DNA of 28,211 nucleotides from Armatimonadota bacterium (GTDB lineage: Bacteria; Sysuimicrobiota; Sysuimicrobiia; Sysuimicrobiales; Humicultoraceae). The stretch covers positions 1-28,211 of the forward strand of contig JBQTJP010000308.1 in assembly GCA_052386995.1 (NCBI GenBank). Reading direction: 5' to 3'. Shown one piece after another: positions 16,671 through 25,238 of the stretch. The notes under the pieces were generated by a model. The model was not told the DNA's origin. It ran no database searches and saw only the letters and a list, made by a program, of their open reading frames with translations. Each line of letters starts with the position of its first letter. Position 1 is the first letter of the stretch. A program made the position numbers and the translations under genes.

Positions 16671-17777
16671 TCATGCCGGCACCCGCCATCGGTTGATCAC
16701 ATCCCAGTTGGGTGTGACCCCAAGACCCGGGGCCTCGGGGGGATAGAAGAGCCCGCCTTCGAGCCGCAGCGGCTCCTGTATGATCGATTCGTCGTACCGC
16801 AGCGGGCCGACTAAGTCACAGGTGAACGGGAGGTTCGCGCATGCGACGGCCAGGTGCGCGGCCGCGGCGGAGGCGATCTGGAGCTCGCCCATGGTGCCGA
16901 TCAGGCAGGGTATGCCCGCGGCCTCGCCGATGGCGATGATCTGCTGCGCGCGCAGCAGGCCGCCCGACTCGCTGACGTACACGTTGAAGGCATCGGCCGC
17001 CCGCGTCTGAATGGCTGTGATCGCGTCACGCGGGGACTGGATCGATTCATCGAGGATGATCGGGATGTTGACCACCGCGCGCACGTCCGCGTGTCCGGCG
17101 AAATCGTGTGCCGCAAGCGGCTGCTCGACCATCTGGATATCACTTGGCTCGATCTGCCGGATGGCGGCGATGGCCTGTTTGAGCGACCGATAGTATTCGT
17201 TCGCGTCGACGCGGATCGGGATAGTCGACCCCAGCCGCTTCCGGGTGGCTGCGCACGCGCGCGCGTCGATATCACCAGGGCGCCCGATCTTGAGCCGTAC
17301 GCTGCGGATGCCGTGCCTGTTCACATAGTGGGCCGCTTCGGCCGCGGTCTCGCCGGGCTCCATGAAGCCCATCGTCCAGTTGAGCGGAACGCCCGGCCGG
17401 GCTTTGCCCCCCATCAGGCGATAGATCGGCAGGCGCGCGGCCTTGCCCGCGATGTCCCACAGGGCCATATCGATTCCCGATTTGGCCTGCCGCCCGCCGG
17501 TGAGCACGCGATCCATCCGGTCGATCAATGCGGGGATCGTGAGAGGATCTTCGCCGATCAGCGCCGGCGCCAGGTAGGCGTTGACGTCGTACGCATGCGA
17601 CGGACCGAGCCGGTAGTGCGCGAGGGCGCTGGAGATCTCTCCGTACCCCGTGATCCCGGCATCGGTCTCGATGGTGACGAGAGCAAAGTCAGAGTGCGTC
17701 AGCACCGCGTTGGCCGCGGCAAACCGGTGCGCGCGTGGGGCGCGGATGGGAAACGCCTCGATGCGGGTGATCTTCAT
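16671..17777 (-). CDS. MLE-subgroup enolase-superfamily protein (paralog C)
   Basis: Start refined to ATG 17777 (MKITRIEAFP, matching the paralogs). Motifs: RLK, DAN, EQP, DES, GTMGE, CDLVGP. Confidence 0.9.
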   Translation of the reverse strand: MKITRIEAFPIRAPRAHRFAAANAVLTHSDFALVTIETDAGITGYGEISSALAHYRLGPSHAYDVNAYLAPALIGEDPLTIPALIDRMDRVLTGGRQAKSGIDMALWDIAGKAARLPIYRLMGGKARPGVPLNWTMGFMEPGETAAEAAHYVNRHGIRSVRLKIGRPGDIDARACAATRKRLGSTIPIRVDANEYYRSLKQAIAAIRQIEPSDIQMVEQPLAAHDFAGHADVRAVVNIPIILDESIQSPRDAITAIQTRAADAFNVYVSESGGLLRAQQIIAIGEAAGIPCLIGTMGELQIASAAAAHLAVACANLPFTCDLVGPLRYDESIIQEPLRLEGGLFYPPEAPGLGVTPNWDVINRWRVPA

Positions 17778-17788
17778 CCAGGAAGGTT

Positions 17789-17813
17789 TTCGTCCCGCCG
17801 ATGGTGCACCCTT
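17789..17813 (-). promoter_or_regulatory. Putative sigma-H-like promoter (AAGG-N17-CGAA), probably giving a leaderless or short-leader mRNA
   Basis: Minus strand reads AAGG gtgcaccatcggcggga CGAA, ending 11 nt before ATG 17777, which has no SD. Confidence 0.55.
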
Positions 17814-17859
17814 CATAGAGCATCGCCGACGGTATCTTTCCGCGTGGACGCGTGATCAG

Positions 17860-19023
17860 ATGACGTATGATCTGTTGCTCAAAGGCGGGACCCTGATCGA
17901 TCCCGCACAGGGTATGCACGCCCAACGCGATGTCGCGTTCGCCGGCGGCACTGTAGCCGCGGTCGGCGCCGATCTGCCGCGGGCGGGCGCGGGGGAGGTC
18001 GTCGACTGTACGGGCAGGATCGTCGCCCCCGGCATGATCGATCTCCACGTGCATGTCTTCTGGGGGGTCAGCCACTACGGCATCGAGCCCGATCCCTACT
18101 GCGTGGCGAGAGGCGTCACCACTGCCGTCGACGCCGGGTCCGCGGGGGCCGATACCTTCCCGGGCTTTCGGAAGTATGTCATCGATGTCAGCGCGACCCG
18201 CTTGCTCGCGCAGCTCAACATCTCATCACAAGGGATGGTGACCCGCGAGGTCGGCGAGCTCGACAACATCCAGCATGCCAGCGTGTCAAAGGCTGTCGCC
18301 ATGATCGAGAAGCACCGCGACGTGATCCTCGGCGTCAAGGTGCGACTGTCCCGTCACAGCATCGTCAGCGAAGCCGCGGGCATCCGTCCGCTGCACCTGG
18401 CGCGGGAGGCGGCCGATGCCGTCGGCCTCCCGATCATGGTGCATCCCCAGACGGCGTGGTGTGATTCCCTCGATGACATCCTGGCCGTCATGCGCGGCCG
18501 CGACATCCTCACTCACTGCTTTCATGGGATGACCCACGGTATCCTCAACGACGACGGCACAGTCCGCCGGTCGGTGCGCGAGGCGATGGAGCGGGGCGTC
18601 GTCTTCGACGTCGGCCACGGCCAGGGGAGCTTTAAATGGGACGTCGCAGAGGCCGCGCTTCGGCAGGGCGCGCAGCCGCAGACGATCTCCAGCGACGTCC
18701 ACGCCTATAATATCGACGGTCCGGTCTTCGACCTGGCGACCACCGTCAGCAAGTTTCTCCACCTCGGACTCTCGCTCGATGACGCCATTCGCAAAGTGAC
18801 GGCCACGCCCGCCGAGGTCATGCGGATGACCGACAAGATCGGCACGCTACGCGCCGGCGCGTGGGGTGATGCGGTCGTCTTCGATCTTCAGGAAGGCCGA
18901 TTCGAACTGCACGACGCGCACGAACAGGTGCGCATCGGTCGACACCGGCTCGTCCCGACGGCCGTCGTACGAGGCGGGCGCCTCTATCGAGAGGCCGTCC
19001 ATGCAGCGCATCACGCGCGATAG
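17860..19023 (+). CDS. Amidohydrolase/deacetylase family metallohydrolase (dihydroorotase-like, COG3964-like)
   Basis: MTYDLLLKGG, PGMIDLHVH, GVTTAVDAGSAG, GVKVR, VHP, THCFHG, FDVGHG, ISSDVH, VTATPA. Confidence 0.88.
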   Translation: MTYDLLLKGGTLIDPAQGMHAQRDVAFAGGTVAAVGADLPRAGAGEVVDCTGRIVAPGMIDLHVHVFWGVSHYGIEPDPYCVARGVTTAVDAGSAGADTFPGFRKYVIDVSATRLLAQLNISSQGMVTREVGELDNIQHASVSKAVAMIEKHRDVILGVKVRLSRHSIVSEAAGIRPLHLAREAADAVGLPIMVHPQTAWCDSLDDILAVMRGRDILTHCFHGMTHGILNDDGTVRRSVREAMERGVVFDVGHGQGSFKWDVAEAALRQGAQPQTISSDVHAYNIDGPVFDLATTVSKFLHLGLSLDDAIRKVTATPAEVMRMTDKIGTLRAGAWGDAVVFDLQEGRFELHDAHEQVRIGRHRLVPTAVVRGGRLYREAVHAAHHAR

Positions 19024-19906
19024 GCTCACGCCGGTCTTCGACCGCCGCACGCCGCCCGTGGCGTCGGTGCGCGCCGGCGAGCGGTTCATCGTCGAGACCG
19101 AGGACTCGCGCGGCGGGCTCACTCGTACGCCGGACACCACGACCCCTGAATATCTGATCGCTCTGCGCACACGCGGCTACCACGGGAACCCGGTCACCGG
19201 CCCGATCTACGTCGACGGGGCCCGTCCCGGTGACACGCTGGCCGTGCACATTCATCAGCAGGAGTGCGACGCGCTCGGGTACCAGGGATACTGGCCCTGG
19301 CTCTTTCACCTCGAAGACTTCTTCGACACGCCGAGCACGGTGCTGCGCGAGATCCGTGACGGCAAGGTCATCATCAGCGATGAGATCCAGATTCCCGTGC
19401 GGCCGATGATCGGCACCATCGGGGTCGCGCCGGCTCTGGAAGCGATCCTGTCCGGGGGCATGGGGCGTCACGGGGGGAACCTCGACGCTGAGGAAGTGTC
19501 CGCGGGAAGCACCATCTTCCTGCCGGTCTACGTCGAGGGCGCCCTGCTCGCGCTGGGCGATTGCCACGCGATCCAGAGCGACGGCGAGATCAACGAAGTC
19601 GAAATGCGCAGCGTCGTCACGCTGAGCTGCGATGTCATCGCGGGCCGCAGCCCCGTGATGTCGTGGCCCCGCATCGAGACGCCCGATGCGCTCGTGACCG
19701 TGGCCGTAGCCAGCCCGCTCGAGGAGGCGCTGCGACTGGCACTGCGCGACATGATCCTCTGGATGGAGGAGCGTACCGGCATGAGTAAGCACGACGCGTA
19801 TCTGCTCGTCGGGATCGCCGGCCACGCGCGGCCGGGTCAGGCGCAGGTGCCACTGTACTCGATGCGGTGCCTGATGCCGAAGGCATACCTGCCGAAGGAC
19901 TCGTGA
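19001..19906 (+). CDS. Acetamidase/formamidase family protein
   Basis: ATG 19001 (GAGG upstream). Motifs: NPVTGPIYVDGARPGDTL, PMIGTIGVAP, HGGNLD, PVYVEGALLALGDCHAIQSDGE. Confidence 0.92.
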   Translation: MQRITRDRLTPVFDRRTPPVASVRAGERFIVETEDSRGGLTRTPDTTTPEYLIALRTRGYHGNPVTGPIYVDGARPGDTLAVHIHQQECDALGYQGYWPWLFHLEDFFDTPSTVLREIRDGKVIISDEIQIPVRPMIGTIGVAPALEAILSGGMGRHGGNLDAEEVSAGSTIFLPVYVEGALLALGDCHAIQSDGEINEVEMRSVVTLSCDVIAGRSPVMSWPRIETPDALVTVAVASPLEEALRLALRDMILWMEERTGMSKHDAYLLVGIAGHARPGQAQVPLYSMRCLMPKAYLPKDS

Positions 19907-19924
19907 CGACGACGGGGTACGCGC

Positions 19925-21475
19925 TCAGCGCTTCAGCCACACGTCCACGAAGTGCGTATGCTGCCGGATGTCCGGCTTGAAGCCTTGAACTGACGGCGCC
20001 GCCCCATACAGGATCGGCCGCTCGTTCAGGATGAACCCCGGCGCTTCCCACTGCGCGATCAACTGCGCGTGGTAGTAGACTCGCTTCCGCGCCTCCTGAC
20101 CGACATTCGCGCGGCCCTGTTCCAACTGCTTTTCGAACAGGTCGTGACGCCAGCCGATGGCCCTTCCATTGACGCGCTTTCCGGAGAACTGTTCGCCCAG
20201 CATCGCGTCGGGGTCGTAGCGCGGGATCACGCCTGTCAGGCCCAGCTGGAAATCGCGCTGGACCAGCACCTGGTTGACCCAGATGCCGATCTCCTGGGGG
20301 ATGAGGTCGATCTTGATGCCGATCTCGGCCATGTTCGCCTGGAACACCTGCGCCAGCGTGAAGAACTCCGCGCGGCTGGTCAGGTGCTTGAGCTGCAGCG
20401 AGAACCCGCTGCCCTGACCGGCTTCGGACATGAGCTTCCGCGCCCGGCTCACGTCGCGTTCGTTGAAGGAGACCGACTCCGGGTTGAATGCCCAGTGTTT
20501 GGGTGGGATGGCGTTGGACTTGAGCGTGCCCTTGCCAAAGGTGACTTGAAGAAGCGCCTTGCGGTCGATGGCAAAGTTCATGGCCTGCCGGACCTTAGCG
20601 TTGTTCAACGGTGGACGATCGGCGCGCGTCAGCATGTAGTAGCTGGAGGGAGATACACCGGGCGGGATGCTGTGGACCACGATCTTGCCGCCCCGCTCCA
20701 CGTCTTGGACCCTCGGCAGGGGAACCGTGTCGGTGAACTCGACCCCACCGGTCTCTAAGAGGACGATCTTCTGATTCTCGTCCGGTGTCGGCATGAAGAC
20801 CAGCTCATCGAGGTAGGGCCGGCCCGCGAGCCAGTAGCCGGGAAACTTCTTCAGACGGACGTGGCGAAGACGTACCCATTCGACGAATTGGAACGGGCCT
20901 GAGCCGACGGGATTCCGGGCGTCGAAGTTCCTGGGGACGATCTTCATGTCCGCGATGTCCATCAGGAACGCCGCGTTCGGCCCCTTGAGCCTGAACCGGA
21001 TACTCTGCGGGTCCAGCACGTCCGTGGACGCGATCTGCTCGACGATCGAGCGAGTCTGCCCCAGGCCGTCGGGGCCCTGGATACGCTCGGCGGTGGACTT
21101 CACAGCGTCGGCCGTGATAGGGCTGCCGTCGTGGAAACGCAGGCCGCGGCGAAGCCGGAAGACATACGTGCTGGCGTCAGGAGATTCCCAGGACTCGGCC
21201 AGCGCACCGCGGGGGCCTTCGGTAAAGTCGTCATCGAGCAATCCGTCGAACAGCGCGTCCTTCACATCGAAGTCGAATAACGTGCGGGACTGATGCGGGT
21301 CAAGCGTGGTAGGCTCCGCGCCCAGCGTGGTGCGCAGAACCCCGCCGGTGCTCGGCCGCGCAGGCGCTTGTGCGGGACTCGGCGCGGGGGCGCCGGAGGC
21401 AGGCACGGCGAACCGGAGCAGGCTCCCTGACGCGGCCAGAGCCGCCGCTCCCGCGACGAACTCTCTCCGCGTCAT
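19925..21475 (-). CDS. ABC transporter substrate-binding protein, family 5, with Tat signal (start uncertain: 21475, 21502 or 21544)
   Basis: TRREFV twin-arginine motif, EPTTLDP, FRLRRGLRFHDG, GSGPF, PYLDEL, VRQAMNFAIDR, C-terminal DVWLKR. Confidence 0.92.
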   Translation of the reverse strand: MTRREFVAGAAALAASGSLLRFAVPASGAPAPSPAQAPARPSTGGVLRTTLGAEPTTLDPHQSRTLFDFDVKDALFDGLLDDDFTEGPRGALAESWESPDASTYVFRLRRGLRFHDGSPITADAVKSTAERIQGPDGLGQTRSIVEQIASTDVLDPQSIRFRLKGPNAAFLMDIADMKIVPRNFDARNPVGSGPFQFVEWVRLRHVRLKKFPGYWLAGRPYLDELVFMPTPDENQKIVLLETGGVEFTDTVPLPRVQDVERGGKIVVHSIPPGVSPSSYYMLTRADRPPLNNAKVRQAMNFAIDRKALLQVTFGKGTLKSNAIPPKHWAFNPESVSFNERDVSRARKLMSEAGQGSGFSLQLKHLTSRAEFFTLAQVFQANMAEIGIKIDLIPQEIGIWVNQVLVQRDFQLGLTGVIPRYDPDAMLGEQFSGKRVNGRAIGWRHDLFEKQLEQGRANVGQEARKRVYYHAQLIAQWEAPGFILNERPILYGAAPSVQGFKPDIRQHTHFVDVWLKR

Positions 21476-21572
21476 CCGTGAAGTGCGTCGACGTGTCGCG
21501 ATGACCCACCTCCCGCCGGTGTGCGTCCATTTATTCTCGGACATTCCTGTCCCGCAAGCATCGTGTGCGCTC

Positions 21573-22454
21573 CTAGGGACGCGCGGCAAGGTCGGCGGAT
21601 CTCAAGACTCCCTCTGCCCGCAGACGCCGGCCGCGCAGCCGCGGGTCGAGGGCGTCACGCAGGCCGTCGCCCAGCAGGTTCAGGCCGAGCACGGCGACGA
21701 GGATCGCCCCGCCCGCGGCCACGGAGTACCAGGGTGTTTGATCCAGATACTTCCTTCCGGTGTCCAGCATCGCGCCCCATGACGGCGTCGGCGGCAGGAC
21801 GCCCAATCCGAGAAACGATAGCGCCGCCTCGGTCAGGATGGCATTGGCGAAGCTCACGGAGATCTGCACCAGGAGCGGCGAGAGATGGTTTGGCAACAGG
21901 ATACGGACCAGGAGGTACCGGTCTGTGGCACCGCAGGCCCGGGCGGCCTCGACGAACTCGCGCTGTTTGAGCGATAGCGCGCTCGCCTGCGCCAGCCGGG
22001 CGAACGATGGGATGGACACGATCCCGATGGCGATGGCGGCGTTGACCAGGCTGGGTCCGAGGGTGGCGATCAAGGCCATGGCCAGGATGATCGCCGGGAA
22101 TGCCAGCAGGCCATCGACGCCGCGCATGATCAGGATTGCCGGAAGACCTCCATAGTAGCCTGCCAGCAGCCCGAGCCCCGTGCCGACGGTGGCCGCGATT
22201 CCCACGGCGATCGCGCCGACTTCCAACGACGCACGCGCGCCGAAGATGATCCGGCTGAGGACGTCGCGCCCGAGTTCATCCGTGCCCAGCAGATGCTGCG
22301 CCGAAGGGAGCTGGAGGCGCTCGCTGACCCGCACCGCCAGCGGATCATACGGCGCGAGCACAGGAGCGAGGACGGCAGCCGCCAGGACCAACACGAACAG
22401 GACGACACCGGCCAGGGCGGCCCGATCCCGCGTGAGCGCGACCAGCGGATTCAC
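21573..22454 (-). CDS. ABC transporter permease (DppC/OppC-like)
   Basis: LLGTDELGRDVLSR, FVEAARACGA, EAALSFLGLG, PSWG, GDGLRDALDP. Start overlaps the upstream stop. Confidence 0.93.
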   Translation of the reverse strand: MNPLVALTRDRAALAGVVLFVLVLAAAVLAPVLAPYDPLAVRVSERLQLPSAQHLLGTDELGRDVLSRIIFGARASLEVGAIAVGIAATVGTGLGLLAGYYGGLPAILIMRGVDGLLAFPAIILAMALIATLGPSLVNAAIAIGIVSIPSFARLAQASALSLKQREFVEAARACGATDRYLLVRILLPNHLSPLLVQISVSFANAILTEAALSFLGLGVLPPTPSWGAMLDTGRKYLDQTPWYSVAAGGAILVAVLGLNLLGDGLRDALDPRLRGRRLRAEGVLRSADLAARP

Positions 22455-23395
22455 GTGTATCTAATCCGCGGGTCCAGGGCGGCGTAGGCGACGTCGACCA
22501 GGAGATTGACGGTGACGAAGCCGGTAGCGATGAGCAGTACCGCTCCCTGCACGACGGCGTAGTCCCGGTGAATGATCGATTGGACCATGAGCCAGCCGAC
22601 GCCCGGCCACGAGAAGATCTGCTCGACGACCACAAGGCCCCCGAGCAGATTCCCGAACTCCAAGCCCACGACGGTGACGAACGGGATGAGCGCATTCTTC
22701 AGCGCGTGCCGCAGCACGACCGCGCGGTGGGCCAGACCCTTCGCGTGAGCCGTCCGGATGTAGTCCTGCGCGATGATGTCCAGGAGGCTCGAGCGCAGGA
22801 AGCGCATCTGGACCGCCGCCAGTGTCAGGGCCACGGACAACGCCGGAAGTGCCGCGAATCGCAGGTTTGCCAGCGGATGGTCGCTGAGCGGGACATGGCC
22901 CGCCGGTGGAAACCAGCGCCACTGGACCGCGAGCATCAGGATCAGCAACACCGCCAGCCAGTAGCGGGGAACGCAGAAGCCCACCATGGCGGCCAGGCGC
23001 GTGAGGTGGTCCAGCCATGACCCGCGTCTCAGCGCGCTGAGGATGCCCGCGGGGATCGAGAGCAAGAGGCTCAGCGTAATGCCGAGTGCGGCCAGTTCGA
23101 GGGTCGCCGGAAACTTCTCGATCACGAGGGAGAACACGCCCTGGCGATTCACCTGAGACTCGCCCAGATCGCCGTGGACCGCGCGCCCCAGCCAGATCAG
23201 GTACTGGATGTAGAGGGGCCTGTCCAGACCCATCGCGCGGCGAAGGCGCGCGACCGACTCGGGATCGGCCGATTCTCCAAGACGTGCGACGGCGGCATCG
23301 CCCGGGATGATGCGGAACACGAAGAAGACAATGGCGGAGACCACGAGCAGGACCGGGAGCAACTGCAGGAGGCGACGAGTGATGTACGCCGTCAT
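22451..23395 (-). CDS. ABC transporter permease (DppB/OppB-like)
   Basis: YITRRLLQ, PGD, GLDRPLYIQY, DYIRTAHAKGL, HALKNA, EQIFSWPG, RDYAVVQG, LDPRIRY. Confidence 0.93.
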   Translation of the reverse strand: MTAYITRRLLQLLPVLLVVSAIVFFVFRIIPGDAAVARLGESADPESVARLRRAMGLDRPLYIQYLIWLGRAVHGDLGESQVNRQGVFSLVIEKFPATLELAALGITLSLLLSIPAGILSALRRGSWLDHLTRLAAMVGFCVPRYWLAVLLILMLAVQWRWFPPAGHVPLSDHPLANLRFAALPALSVALTLAAVQMRFLRSSLLDIIAQDYIRTAHAKGLAHRAVVLRHALKNALIPFVTVVGLEFGNLLGGLVVVEQIFSWPGVGWLMVQSIIHRDYAVVQGAVLLIATGFVTVNLLVDVAYAALDPRIRYT

Positions 23396-23446
23396 CGGCG
23401 GCGCAGAACGAGCGGCATCGCGCGCTGCGTGGACACGGTCATCAGC

Positions 23447-23476
23447 AGTCTACCGGCACGGCCGCGAGCATGACAA
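23447..23476 (-). promoter_or_regulatory. Putative sigma-70-type promoter for the dppB-dppC-SBP operon
   Basis: Minus strand TTGTCA-N18-TAGACT. Confidence 0.45.
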
Positions 23477-23502
23477 GACGGCCTGCGTCGCGGAGACTCT
23501 CG

Positions 23503-23529
23503 GCAGGTGAAAGCCCGCGCCAGATCGAA
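23503..23529 (+). promoter_or_regulatory. Putative sigma-H-like promoter (GCAGG-N18-CGAA) for binding protein 3
   Basis: GCAGG tgaaagcccgcgccagat CGAA, followed by RBS GAGGGGG and ATG 23562. Confidence 0.55.
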
Positions 23530-23561
23530 CTCGGACCCGATTCAAACGAGGGGGAAGACAT

Positions 23562-25214
23562 ATGAGCCGTCTGGACCCAGAACAGAAGTTGCTGGATGAT
23601 CTTCTGTTTGGCCGGATATCACGGCGCCAGCTGCTGAAGCGCGCGGCGGCCCTGGGCCTGAGTCTCGCGGCCATTGAGCGGCTGATTGGGACGAGCACCC
23701 CGTTTGTCACCGCGGCACCGGCCCCGACGCCGGCACCGGCTCCTGCCGGACCTCCCAAGCCCGGCGGCACATCAGTCTGGGCGGCCGAGAGCGACCCGAT
23801 TTCGATGAATCCGATCACGAACTCGGCATTTCAGTCGACCCAGGGGTTCGAGCACAGTTACGAGAGTCTCACGGGGTACGATTCGCGCATGCGGATCATC
23901 CCGTCATTGGCCGAGCGCTGGGAAACGCCGGACGAGAACACCTACATCTTTCACCTGCGGCGCGGCGTGAAGTTTCACGACGGCTCCGACTTCACGGCCG
24001 ACGACGTCAAGTACACGTTCGACATCGTCCTCGACCCACGGGGGCCGGCGATCTGGCGTCCCAACTTCGATCAGGTCGACCGCGTCGACGTAATCGACCG
24101 AAACACTGTGCGCTTTTCGACGAAGACGCCCTTCCCACCGCTGCTCGGCGCGTTTGCAATTCTACGCAGCTCGGCGATCCTCAAGCGGGGTGCGATGACC
24201 GGCAACCTGGCTACCCAGATTAACGGGACCGGTGCATACCGGATGCTCGAGTATGTCTCCAAGAGCCACGTTGAGCTGGCGAAGAACCCGGACTACTGGG
24301 GCAAACCGCTTCCGTACATCGACAGGGTGACGTTCAAGGTACTGGAGGAAGAGGACGCGCGCGTCGCGGGTCTGCGTTCCCGCACGCTGGATTACGCGTT
24401 CCTCACGCCCGTTGGGGAACAGCGATTGCGGAGTCAACGGAATATCATTCTCACGAAGAGCCCGCGGATCTTCCTGTTCGTCATGGTCCCCAATATGCTG
24501 CGGAAGCCGTGGAGCGATATTCGCGTGCGCCAGGCGATCAACATGACGATTGACCGCCAGGAGATGATCGACAAGGCGCTGTCTGGATCGGGCACAATCT
24601 CCGGCCCGATCGCAACGGGCTTCGGCAACTGGTTCATTCCTCCCGAGGAGCTGAGCCGCCGGTGGTACCGGCGCGATCCGGACAAGGCGAAGCAATTGCT
24701 CAAGGAAGCCGGCGTGCCGGACGGGCAGCAGATGGACATGCTCGTCACTCCCTTCGGGGGGGCGGGATTCTACACCGCGGCCGCCGTCGTGCTCAAGGAC
24801 CAGCTGGCCAGGATCGGGATCACCGTCAACATCCGGCAAGTCGAGACCGGCGTCTTTATCAGGGAAGCGGGCCCGCCCAATTTCAACTACGATATGCAGG
24901 CCAACGCTTTCACGCCGCGGCACGACCCGGATGGGTTCCTGTGGGCCCGGTTCTACTCGAAGAACCCGTTTGCCGCAGGCTACAACAATCCGAAAGTGGA
25001 CGACCTGCTGCTGCGCGCTCGGACCACCGTCAACCCCGTGCAGCGAAAGTTCCTGTACGATGAGGCGCAGCGCCGTCTGCTCGTTGACTTCCCGATGTTC
25101 TGGATCGCGGTCGACAACATCGTCGAAGGCACACAGAGCTACCTGAAGGGCTACAGTCAGAGCCCATTTACGCGCCGTGACTGGGGTCTGAAGAACGCAT
25201 GGCTGGATAAGTAG
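23562..25214 (+). CDS. ABC transporter substrate-binding protein, family 5, with Tat signal
   Basis: SRRQLL twin-arginine motif, Pro/Ala linker, PKPGG, LAERWE, FHLRRGVKFHDGSDFTADDV, GTG, PYID, VRQAI, C-terminal NAWLDK. Confidence 0.93.
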   Translation: MSRLDPEQKLLDDLLFGRISRRQLLKRAAALGLSLAAIERLIGTSTPFVTAAPAPTPAPAPAGPPKPGGTSVWAAESDPISMNPITNSAFQSTQGFEHSYESLTGYDSRMRIIPSLAERWETPDENTYIFHLRRGVKFHDGSDFTADDVKYTFDIVLDPRGPAIWRPNFDQVDRVDVIDRNTVRFSTKTPFPPLLGAFAILRSSAILKRGAMTGNLATQINGTGAYRMLEYVSKSHVELAKNPDYWGKPLPYIDRVTFKVLEEEDARVAGLRSRTLDYAFLTPVGEQRLRSQRNIILTKSPRIFLFVMVPNMLRKPWSDIRVRQAINMTIDRQEMIDKALSGSGTISGPIATGFGNWFIPPEELSRRWYRRDPDKAKQLLKEAGVPDGQQMDMLVTPFGGAGFYTAAAVVLKDQLARIGITVNIRQVETGVFIREAGPPNFNYDMQANAFTPRHDPDGFLWARFYSKNPFAAGYNNPKVDDLLLRARTTVNPVQRKFLYDEAQRRLLVDFPMFWIAVDNIVEGTQSYLKGYSQSPFTRRDWGLKNAWLDK

Positions 25215-25238
25215 CCAGACCTCGACAGGAGAGGCACG

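Noticed and set aside
12434..19023. Gene symbols catB, menC and pyrC (and kduD, adc, doeB elsewhere)
   Set aside because: Catalytic residues or gene context differ from the characterised enzymes, and orthology cannot be established by eye.
23710..23760. GCACCGGC-type short repeats
   Set aside because: They encode the Pro/Ala linker of the binding protein and are not a DNA repeat element or CRISPR.
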